The notes under the pieces: model-generated | Told to the model about the DNA's origin: nothing | The model's database searches: none | The model's input: only the letters and a program-made list of their open reading frames with translations | Program-made: the position numbers and the translations under genes | Part shown: positions 43,462 to 50,020 of the stretch, in pieces | How positions within the stretch are numbered: the first letter of the stretch is position 1 | Layout of the letters: the number at the start of each line of letters is the position of its first letter | IMG/VR virus record: IMGVR_UViG_3300049571_000258 | Coordinates: 70,186 to 134,185 of that record | Source of the DNA: a virus | Taxonomy: Duplodnaviria; Heunggongvirae; Uroviricota; Caudoviricetes | Reading direction: 5' to 3' (one strand) | DNA: 64,000 nt

Positions 43462-43878
43462 ATGACCGTCAAGCAGCGCAAGAAGAAGGCCCGGCGCGTC
43501 TACCGAGCGTGCAAGACCATGACGAAGATGAACCGCCCGTACGTCTACGGCGGCGGGCACAAGCCGTGGCGCTTCTGGCGAGCGCACGAGGGGGTCGACT
43601 GCTCGGCCTCTGTCTGCCGGGTGCTCGACAAGACGGGGATCATCAACATCGACATGCCCGCGACGTCCGGCGCGATGATGTCGTGGTTCGAGCCGGGGCC
43701 GGGCAGGTGGGTGACGATGTACGCGTCGCCGGAGCACGTGTGGCTGAAGTTCCGCGGCCTGGGGATCTACGTCCGCTTCGACACGTCGCCGTGGGGCTGG
43801 GGTCGACCGGGGCCGCGGCTGCGCATGGGCTGGCGCTCGACGGCGGGGTTCGTCGCACGACACCCGAAGGGGCTGTGA
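43462..43878 (+). CDS. NlpC/P60-family cysteine peptidase (cell-wall hydrolase-like)
   Basis: YVYGGG-x6-GVDCSASVCRVL (YxxGG...DCSG.V motif) and downstream His (PEHVW); SD gggagg plus ATG. Confidence 0.7.
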   Translation: MTVKQRKKKARRVYRACKTMTKMNRPYVYGGGHKPWRFWRAHEGVDCSASVCRVLDKTGIINIDMPATSGAMMSWFEPGPGRWVTMYASPEHVWLKFRGLGIYVRFDTSPWGWGRPGPRLRMGWRSTAGFVARHPKGL

Positions 43879-44207
43879 TGTCGGACATCGAGACCGAAGT
43901 TCTCGTACGTGCTCGGGAGATCTTCGAGGCGCGCCCATCCCACCACACGTCACAGCGCCACGCGCCCGGTGCCTATGGAGAGACCCCTCAAGAGGTCACG
44001 CCCGAGTGGGCGCTTGGGATGGCCGTGACAGAGGTCGACGGTGATCTGGACCTTCACGAGCGCGTTTTCAGGGACGCCTACCGACGCCTCATGAACGCGC
44101 TGCCGACCGATCCGCCCCATCGCGTGTGTCCGATCAACACCTACTGTGCCGCCCACACGACGGACGAGATGTTGCGGGTGTTCGACGTCGCGATCTCGAA
44201 GATCTAG
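43878..44207 (+). CDS. hypothetical protein (110 aa)
   Basis: ATG in a GTGATG overlap; in frame with ORF 43302..44207. Confidence 0.45.
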   Translation: MSDIETEVLVRAREIFEARPSHHTSQRHAPGAYGETPQEVTPEWALGMAVTEVDGDLDLHERVFRDAYRRLMNALPTDPPHRVCPINTYCAAHTTDEMLRVFDVAISKI

Positions 44208-44228
44208 CGCACGACATGTGCTAGAGTG
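44208..44228 (+). promoter_or_regulatory. promoter/operator: gcgcacgacatgtgc + TAGAGT
   Basis: Directly after a stop codon; SD agagaggtagag plus ATG 44297 downstream. Confidence 0.5.
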
Positions 44229-44296
44229 ATCGCGCGCGGCCAGAGCTTGAACCCACACCCAATGACGGTTCGCCGCGCACGACTAGAGAGGTAGAG

Positions 44297-44776
44297 ATGA
44301 CCCTACGAGAGCGAGTGCGTCAGTTCCTCGGCGAGACACGCATCCCCGATCCAGTGGACTGCGCCGAAGCGTTTCTAGAGACGCTGACCACCGAAGACTT
44401 GCGCGAGGCGCTACGCGAGTCCCTGCCGGATGTCTTCCGTGCGGAGATGAGCAAGGATCGCATGCGACCCGAGCCGCGCAACAGGAGCGCGAAGTGGAAG
44501 ATGGTCACACGCGGGTGGCTGGAGCGCCAGCACCTCCTCGCCGGTGGTGAGGCCGTGATGCTGTTGGACGCGACCGCTGAGCGCCTGCGCGCCGCGGCGG
44601 CCTACCACTTCGAGAAGGCCGCCCGCGAGGCGTCCACCGGTGACGCCTACGCCGAGATCGCCTCCGAGATGGAGTCGCGCGGCGTCAACACCGTGCGCGA
44701 CTTCGTGGAAGTCGTCGGCGAGGACGCGTTCATCGCCCTCTACAAGCCGCGCGTCGAGATGGAGGCCGCGGCATGA
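44297..44776 (+). CDS. hypothetical protein (159 aa)
   Basis: ORF track. Confidence 0.55.
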   Translation: MTLRERVRQFLGETRIPDPVDCAEAFLETLTTEDLREALRESLPDVFRAEMSKDRMRPEPRNRSAKWKMVTRGWLERQHLLAGGEAVMLLDATAERLRAAAAYHFEKAAREASTGDAYAEIASEMESRGVNTVRDFVEVVGEDAFIALYKPRVEMEAAA

Positions 44777-45699
44777 CCGCCTTGCTCGACCAGAAGCGAC
44801 GCGACACCCAAACGTCCGTTGTCGAGCGCGTCGCCGACCAAGGATCCCACGACGCCCCTGGAAGGATCGTCGGCGGCGCAAAATCTTCCCCCGGCCAGAC
44901 GCTGAGCGACACCCAATCACTTCCCGCCGGGGACCATCTTGGCGTCGGCCATGCTCACACCGACATCCAAAATTCGTTCGCCGACGCCTCGTACGCAGAC
45001 CTCCTGTTCTGGGCCGCCACGGTCGACGATCTGGAGAAGGCGCGCATCGCGGCCGAGAACCGCTTGCGCAGTTGGGAGGCCGAGCCGTCCAACGAGTTCG
45101 ACACCGCGAAGGCGCTCGCCGGTGACCCGAAGCTCGCTGCCGCGCAAGCAACGGTCGACGGCCTCCGTCTCCTGGAGGTCGACGCGATCAAGTCGCTGGA
45201 GAAGGCGATGAAGCAACACCCGCTCGGCGCGTTCGTGAAGGCGACGCCCGGCCTGGGGTTGAAGCAGACCGCCCGCCTCCTCGCTGCGATCGGGCCGGTC
45301 ACGCACTACGAGGACGACGAGGGCATCTACGAGCGCACCGTCGGCGGCTTGTGGCGCTACTGCGGGATGGACGTGCGCGACGGCGAAGCCCCGCGGCATC
45401 GCAAGGGCGAGTTCGGGGGCTGGAACGACGAGGCGCGCATGCGTGTCCGCCTGGTGGCCGAGTCGTGCATCAAGGCGCGCACTAGCCCCTACCGCGACGC
45501 CTACGACCGGGCGCGCGAGAAGTACGCCGACGCGAAGCACAAGGTCCCGTGCGTGCGCTGCGGTCCGGCCGGGAAGCCCGCGCAGCCGGGGTCTGACCTG
45601 AGCGATGGGCACAAGCACGCCCGCGCCCTGCGGATCGTCGCGAAGTCCGTCCTGCGTGACCTGTGGCGTGTGGCGAACGGGTACCCGCCGAAGTTCTGA
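44773..45699 (+). CDS. protein resembling the C-terminal Tnp domain of IS110-family recombinases, but lacking a recognisable RuvC/DEDD N-terminal domain and the SG catalytic serine
   Basis: Coiled coil, then HPLGAFVKATPGLGLKQTARLLAAIG...RTVGGLWRYCGM...RHRKGE...EARMRVRLVAESCIK, which follows the hP..l.siPGiG...aGl.P...G...R..l.. pattern of the IS110 C-terminal domain. Confidence 0.4.
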   Translation: MTALLDQKRRDTQTSVVERVADQGSHDAPGRIVGGAKSSPGQTLSDTQSLPAGDHLGVGHAHTDIQNSFADASYADLLFWAATVDDLEKARIAAENRLRSWEAEPSNEFDTAKALAGDPKLAAAQATVDGLRLLEVDAIKSLEKAMKQHPLGAFVKATPGLGLKQTARLLAAIGPVTHYEDDEGIYERTVGGLWRYCGMDVRDGEAPRHRKGEFGGWNDEARMRVRLVAESCIKARTSPYRDAYDRAREKYADAKHKVPCVRCGPAGKPAQPGSDLSDGHKHARALRIVAKSVLRDLWRVANGYPPKF

Positions 45700-45749
45700 A
45701 AGACCTGACCGCGACACCCAGATTCGCGCCGCCCCACCGTAGGGCACCG

Positions 45750-45778
45750 TTGACATCTCGTCGGCGGTGCCCTACACT
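45750..45778 (+). promoter_or_regulatory. sigma70-like promoter TTGACA, 17 bp spacer, TACACT, heading the second tRNA island
   Basis: Consensus -35/-10 at canonical spacing; followed by a leader hairpin and tRNA-Ser at 45934. Confidence 0.5.
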
Positions 45779-45812
45779 GCCGTCCCATGCGTGACCCGCG
45801 CCGATTTTATTC

Positions 45813-45853
45813 ATCCCCGCTGAGCTTGCTACTGCTTCGGTAGCGGCGGGGAT
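45813..45853 (+). other. long imperfect hairpin in the tRNA-operon leader
   Basis: atccccgc...gcggggat outer 8-bp stem with inner gctac-tgcttcg-gtagc stem-loop. Confidence 0.4.
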
Positions 45854-45933
45854 CGCGCACGGTCACATACTCACCGTCCCCCGCCGCCTAGCTCAGCGGG
45901 TGTCGTGCTTCGGCCAAGGCACTCGCTCTTCTC

Positions 45934-46021
45934 GGAGGGTGACCCTGGGCGACGGGCCTGGGACCGGATTCGAAACCCGGTGGTCTCTCACGAGGCAGGG
46001 GTTCGATTCCTCCGCCCTCCG
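45934..46021 (+). tRNA. tRNA-Ser: tRNA-Ser (CGA), type II (long variable arm)
   Basis: Acceptor ggagggt/gccctcc, anticodon loop ttCGAaa, 17-nt variable arm, T-loop ttcgatt. Confidence 0.55.
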
Positions 46022-46036
46022 CTTGCAGTACCTCAT

Positions 46037-46120
46037 GCCGAGGTGGCTGGAACGGTAGACGCGGGAGGCTCAGACCCTCCTGGGGGAGACCCCGTGCAGG
46101 TTCGACTCCTGTCCTCGGTA
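46037..46120 (+). tRNA. tRNA-Leu: tRNA-Leu (CAG), type II
   Basis: Resembles bacterial tRNA-Leu: gccgagg-tg-gc...ggtagacgc; anticodon stem ggagg/cctcc, loop ctCAGac; variable hairpin ggggg-aga-ccccg; T-arm gcagg-ttcgact-cctgt. Confidence 0.7.
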
Positions 46121-46124
46121 CTTC

Positions 46125-46214
46125 GGGCGGTGTCCGTGGTGGCACGAGGGGCGGCGTTGCTAGCGCCGTAGCGCCGGTCCTCCGGCGTCCAGGGTTCGAA
46201 GCCCTGACCGCCCG
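46125..46214 (+). tRNA. tRNA-Ser: tRNA-Ser (GCT), type II
   Basis: Acceptor gggcggt/accgccc perfect; anticodon stem cggcg/cgccg, loop ttGCTag; variable hairpin gccgg-tcct-ccggc; T-arm caggg-ttcgaag-ccctg. Confidence 0.65.
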
Positions 46215-46273
46215 CTCCAGCGGAGGACCCGTGGGTGTCGCCGCTCTCCTGGCTGAAGCGGGCGGTCTTTCTC

Positions 46274-46348
46274 GGAACGGTAGCTCAGTCGTGGTCAGAG
46301 CGCGGGCTTGAAACACCCGAGGTCGTCGGTTCAACTCCGACCCGTTCC
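46274..46348 (+). tRNA. tRNA-Phe: tRNA-Phe (GAA)
   Basis: Acceptor ggaacgg/ccgttcc perfect, D gctc/gagc, loop ttGAAac, T-arm gtcgg-ttcaact-ccgac. Confidence 0.65.
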
Positions 46349-46354
46349 GCTCGT

Positions 46355-46435
46355 GTCGGGGATGCCCCCTGGGAGGTGGCAGCTGCCTGTAAAGCAGTGG
46401 CCTCGTGCGTGTGGGTTCGAATCCCTCCCCCGGCA
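46355..46435 (+). tRNA. tRNA-Tyr: tRNA-Tyr (GTA), long variable region
   Basis: Acceptor gtcgggg/ccccggc, anticodon stem gctgc/gcagt, loop ctGTAaa, T-loop ttcgaat. Confidence 0.55.
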
Positions 46436-46439
46436 CCTA

Positions 46440-46460
46440 GCTCACAACGTGTGCTATAGT
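46440..46460 (+). promoter_or_regulatory. promoter/operator: gctcacaacgtgtgc + TATAGT
   Basis: Immediately after tRNA-Tyr; followed ~80 nt later by a strong terminator; no ORF in between. Confidence 0.5.
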
Positions 46461-46544
46461 GCCCGGCACATACTGATCCTCGTGATGTAGCCCATCGCGG
46501 GCGGAGGTCAGGCACGAGAGCACAGCCGCATCTGAGTAGGCTGA

Positions 46545-46576
46545 GCGCCCCGGCATCCGTCGGGGCGCTTCTTGTT
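46545..46576 (+). terminator. intrinsic terminator (8-bp GC stem plus TTCTTGTT)
   Basis: gcgccccg-gcatccgt-cggggcgc-ttcttgtt. Confidence 0.6.
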
Positions 46577-46593
46577 GAGCGCCGAGAAGATCT

Positions 46594-46602
46594 CTGCTAC
46601 GC
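46594..46602 (+). promoter_or_regulatory. extended -10 TGcTACGCT placing the TSS at the 5' end of the tRNA (CAT)
   Basis: The -10 ends 7 nt before the first tRNA nucleotide. Confidence 0.4.
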
Positions 46603-46609
46603 TCTCGCG

Positions 46610-46683
46610 AGCGCGGTGGAGCAGTCCGGTAGCTCGTCTGGCTCATAACCAGAAGGTCGCGGGTTCGAATCCCGCTCGCGCCA
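46610..46683 (+). tRNA. tRNA-Met: tRNA with CAT anticodon (Met; initiator-like 1:72 mismatch, or Ile2)
   Basis: Closely resembles E. coli tRNA-fMet (tggagcag.c.ggtagctcgtc.ggctcataacc.gaaggtcg.gggttcaaatcc); A1/C72 unpaired; only 2 GC pairs at anticodon stem 29-31. Confidence 0.65.
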
Positions 46684-46830
46684 CCTCTCATGCAGAAGCG
46701 ACCCGACACCTCGGCCGTCCTGACGGCTGCGCGACGACCGCGCAGGCGACGGCCAGTTGTGCTCTAGGGTCGCTCCCACCTCACGGGAGCCATCCCCGCC
46801 GTCGACCGTAGGGTCCATGGGCGGGCGCTC

Positions 46831-46902
46831 CCGGGTGTAGCTCAATGGCAGAGCGCGTGGTTTGGGACCACGAGGCCGCAGGATCGGTACCTGCCTCCCG
46901 GA
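46831..46902 (+). tRNA. tRNA-Pro: tRNA-Pro (TGG), non-canonical T-loop
   Basis: D gctc/gagc, anticodon stem cgtgg/ccacg, loop ttTGGga, T-arm gcagg-atcggta-cctgc; one T-T mismatch in the acceptor. Confidence 0.55.
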
Positions 46903-46909
46903 CTGACTT

Positions 46910-47116
46910 GCCCTCTCCGCGGGATTGCGGCTCCGGGTCTACGAAGCCTGGCAGGGTGGTTCGACTCCATCAGGGGGTACTCCCTCATCGGCGGTCCGAC
47001 GCCGGGTGTCCGAAGCCTGGACGGGCGGTTCAACTCCGCCTGGGGGCATGCCCTGCGGATGGATCCCGGCTGGCCTCCTAAGCTGGCAACGCGTCGTTCG
47101 ACTCGGCGGCGGGGTA
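46910..47116 (+). repeat. three tandem ~68-70 nt tRNA-like units, each with a T-arm and acceptor-like closing stem but no canonical D/anticodon arms
   Basis: R1 46910-46979, R2 46981-47048, R3 47050-47116. Each carries a stem-TTCGACT/TTCAACT-stem T-arm followed by a 7-nt 3' strand complementary to its own 5' end, and shares ..cgaagcctgg.. in the middle. Confidence 0.4.
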
Positions 47117-47119
47117 CCT

Positions 47120-47140
47120 GCTCACGATGTGTGCTACGGT
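47120..47140 (+). promoter_or_regulatory. promoter/operator: gctcacgatgtgtgc + TACGGT
   Basis: Followed by SD ggagaggtaggtag plus ATG 47181. Confidence 0.5.
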
Positions 47141-47180
47141 GTCCGGCGTGTGTAGTGCCAACGACCGGAGAGGTAGGTAG

Positions 47181-47522
47181 ATGGAAACCATGACGGAGTC
47201 GCCGACGGGGACCTACAAGCTGATCCCCGACTTCGACGCGGCGATCCTGGCCCGGCTTCAGGACGAGGGCGCGAAGGTCGGCTTCCGGCCGCGCGCGAAG
47301 CAGGTCCGGCAGCTGGTCAAGGAGCTTCAGCCGTTCGACCCGGAGATCACGTCGGCGGAGGTGCAGACGCGTCTGCGCGTCATGCATCACCACAAGCTCG
47401 TGACGAAGGTCGTCGTGCAGCCGGTGTCGCACGGCGCGGGCTGGCAGCGGACGGCCGATGGTCGCCAGTTCGCCATCGACAACGGAGCGCTGACCGAGTC
47501 CGGCGCGCTCCCCAACGCGTAG
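47181..47522 (+). CDS. hypothetical protein (113 aa)
   Basis: ORF track; strong SD. Confidence 0.55.
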   Translation: METMTESPTGTYKLIPDFDAAILARLQDEGAKVGFRPRAKQVRQLVKELQPFDPEITSAEVQTRLRVMHHHKLVTKVVVQPVSHGAGWQRTADGRQFAIDNGALTESGALPNA

Positions 47523-47535
47523 GAGGTAGGTACGC

Positions 47536-48465
47536 ATGGCTACCGCAGCAGCGGAGACCACTCAGGGTCCGAACGTGTCCGGCCTGGGTGACGCGCCGCA
47601 GTACGACACGGATCTGATCGGCGAGGTCGTCGGGTACGGCAAGATCGAGGTGGTGCGCTGCGCCGACCTCAACGTCGACCCGAAGTACCAGCGCGAACTC
47701 TCGCGTGCCCTGGTCGACCGCATCAAGGACGACTGGAACACCGCGGGCGCGGGCTACATCACCGTGTCGAGGCGTTCCAACGGCGCGCTGTACATCGTCA
47801 ACGGCCAGCACCGCGTCGCGGCCCGCATGGACCTGGCGCTGGAGCAGGGCGACGAGACCGGCGGCGAGATCGTCGCGCAGGTCTTCGAGGGCCTGACGCC
47901 GCAGCAGGAGGCGCAGCTGCGCCTTATCGGCAACACGAAGCGCACGGACTCCTCGCAGGAGCGGTTCCGCGCGCAGCTGGCGGCCGGTGACCCGACGTCG
48001 GTCGCGATCCAGTCGACGCTGCGCGAGTTCGGCACTCGGATCAACCCGGCACCCGACGTCAACACCGGCATCAACGCGGTGTCGGCGGTCGAGGCGATCT
48101 ACGAGATCGACAACGGGCGCACCCTCCAGCGCGTGCTGGAGACGCTGAAGGACGCGTTCGGGGAGATCGGCGGCAAGTCGGCCACGGTCGGCATGCTCAA
48201 GGGGGCGACGTGGTTCGTCGCCCGCCATGCCCGCGAGGCGGACATCCGCCGGTTCGTTGACCGTCTGGCCGCGGTCGGCGAGGATCACATCGAACGCTTG
48301 GCGCGCAACTACAAGGCTGCCGCCGGTGGCGCGCTGTGGCTCAACTACTACCGGGCCATGATCGAGGTCTACAACTACCGACTGGGCGACGGCGCCAAGC
48401 TGGAGCCGCGCGCTGGCGGCTGGTCGAAGTCGAGCCTCCGCACCGGCGACGGCGGCACCTGGTAG
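47536..48465 (+). CDS. ParB-like nuclease domain protein
   Basis: DPKYQRELS...IKDDWN...GYITVSRRSNGALYIVNGQHRVAA (ParB/Srx N-domain with DGxHR-like NGQHR); SD ggaggtagg. Confidence 0.65.
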   Translation: MATAAAETTQGPNVSGLGDAPQYDTDLIGEVVGYGKIEVVRCADLNVDPKYQRELSRALVDRIKDDWNTAGAGYITVSRRSNGALYIVNGQHRVAARMDLALEQGDETGGEIVAQVFEGLTPQQEAQLRLIGNTKRTDSSQERFRAQLAAGDPTSVAIQSTLREFGTRINPAPDVNTGINAVSAVEAIYEIDNGRTLQRVLETLKDAFGEIGGKSATVGMLKGATWFVARHAREADIRRFVDRLAAVGEDHIERLARNYKAAAGGALWLNYYRAMIEVYNYRLGDGAKLEPRAGGWSKSSLRTGDGGTW

Positions 48466-48479
48466 TTCAATCAAGCTGG

Positions 48480-48507
48480 GGGGCCGAGGACTGGGAGGCT
48501 CGGCCCC
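48480..48507. terminator. 9-bp GC hairpin after the ParB-like gene
   Basis: ggggccgag-gactgggagg-ctcggcccc. Confidence 0.4.
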
Positions 48508-48536
48508 TCACCCATTCATCGACTAGGGGTAGGACG

Positions 48537-48926
48537 ATGCTGAGCAGGAAAGAGATCGAGGAGATCGTCGCGCGCGTCGAGTTCGACGGCTTCAACTTCC
48601 GGGTCCACGAGGAAGTGACCTTCGTCAACGAGGCGCAGGAGATGACCACGGGCCTGTACCTCCAGCTGCACTGGCGCGCGCCAGACAACGTCACCGGCGA
48701 GCCGGATACGTACCAGTCGTCGCGCAAGTGGCGGCTGTCGCCGTTCATGACCCGCAGCGAGATCGTGTCGACTTGCTTCAAGGCGGTCATGACCGCGATC
48801 GAGCACGAGGCCCGCGAGCAGTTCACCTACCGGGGGGCTGCGATCTACGGGCCGCACTTCGACGTCGAGGCGCTGGTCGACCTGGCGACCACCGGTCACG
48901 AGGACGTGCGGGAGGTGGCCGCGTGA
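48537..48926 (+). CDS. hypothetical protein (129 aa)
   Basis: SD ggggtagg plus ATG; in frame with ORF 48336..48926. Confidence 0.5.
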   Translation: MLSRKEIEEIVARVEFDGFNFRVHEEVTFVNEAQEMTTGLYLQLHWRAPDNVTGEPDTYQSSRKWRLSPFMTRSEIVSTCFKAVMTAIEHEAREQFTYRGAAIYGPHFDVEALVDLATTGHEDVREVAA

Positions 48927-49210
48927 ACGGGATCGTCGCGGTCGCAGCACTTGCGTCGCTGGGCGTCCTGATCTTCATCGCGACGAAGCTGACGGTCCGC
49001 CCGGCCCCTGAGCATGAGCCGGAGGCGCGCTTGCGGGTGCGCCGGGAGCCGGAACTGTTCGTCGAGGGCGATCTGGAGGCGATCGAGCACCTGCGCCTGA
49101 TCGTGCATACCGCCGACCAGATGCGCGCCGAGTTGGGGATGGTGCATCGCTCGTCGTTCGCGGCGCGCGCGTACGACCGGATCCGTGGCGAGCGGGAGAC
49201 GTCGACATGA
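48923..49210 (+). CDS. membrane-anchored hypothetical protein (95 aa)
   Basis: GTGA overlap; N-terminal TM helix. Confidence 0.45.
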   Translation: MNGIVAVAALASLGVLIFIATKLTVRPAPEHEPEARLRVRREPELFVEGDLEAIEHLRLIVHTADQMRAELGMVHRSSFAARAYDRIRGERETST

Positions 49211-49416
49211 CCGGCTACGAGCGCCAGTGGGACTGCCTTGTGTGCGGCCGGTCGCAGCGATCCATCGACCGCCCGAAGGTCGAGGTCTGCGATACATGCG
49301 TCGGGGCCGAGAACATCCTTCTGAACCAGTACCCGTCGCTGACCGACGCGCTGCGCAGGGTCGCCACACGCGCCTATGAGCGTGGATTCGAGCACGGCCG
49401 GAGGGTCCAGCGATGA
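49207..49416 (+). CDS. zinc-ribbon protein (69 aa)
   Basis: ORF track; CLVCG...CDTC. Confidence 0.5.
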   Translation: MTGYERQWDCLVCGRSQRSIDRPKVEVCDTCVGAENILLNQYPSLTDALRRVATRAYERGFEHGRRVQR

Positions 49417-49967
49417 AGATGGCCGAGCGCATCGAGCAGCTGAAGCGCAGCCGCGCGATCGCCGCCCAAATGAAGCCGAAGGGCGCTGCGGCGGCCAGGC
49501 GCCGAGCGCAGGCCGAGCGACGCGCGGAGCGCGAGGCGGAGATCGTCGCGGCGCGCGCCCGACTGACTCCCGAGGATCGGCTGTTGGCGGCGACGTTCCG
49601 CTGCCCGGACGACCCCATGGGGAAGCGGCGCGTCGCGCACGAGTTGCTGGCCGGGCCGGGCGGTCGCCGACGTCGCCAGTGGGAGATCGCGGCGATCATG
49701 GGCGTGCCGGTCGGCAGCGTCTCGTTCTACATGAGGGACCCCGACGGCACCTATCACGACGAGTTGCGGGCGCGACGCGTCGACCAGGAGCCTCATCCAG
49801 ACATGCCGTTCGCCGAATGGGTGAAGCGGCAGCGGCGCACGCACGGCCTGTCGCAGGCGGCGTTCGATCGCAAGCTGGGCTGGGAGTCGGGCACGACGAA
49901 GCGCCTAGAGGCACGTAAGCGGTGGGACTTCGCGAAGGCTGACGAGGTCCGCCGGGCGCTGGCCTAG
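49413..49967 (+). CDS. putative DNA-binding regulator with two HTH-like segments
   Basis: QWEIAAIMGVPVGSVSFYM (sigma-region-4-like HTH) and THGLSQAAFDRKLGWESGTTKRLE (XRE-like HTH). Confidence 0.5.
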   Translation: MKMAERIEQLKRSRAIAAQMKPKGAAAARRRAQAERRAEREAEIVAARARLTPEDRLLAATFRCPDDPMGKRRVAHELLAGPGGRRRRQWEIAAIMGVPVGSVSFYMRDPDGTYHDELRARRVDQEPHPDMPFAEWVKRQRRTHGLSQAAFDRKLGWESGTTKRLEARKRWDFAKADEVRRALA

Positions 49968-50020
49968 CACGGGACAAGCTCGGCTGCGGAGGCGACGGGC
50001 ATCGCCGGTACCCTTCGCGC

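Noticed and set aside
43302-44207. Single 301-aa ORF 43302..44207
   Set aside because: The middle segment is the out-of-frame shadow of the NlpC/P60 gene (43462..43878). Only the last 110 codons (43878..44207), after an ATGA-type overlap, look like a real gene.
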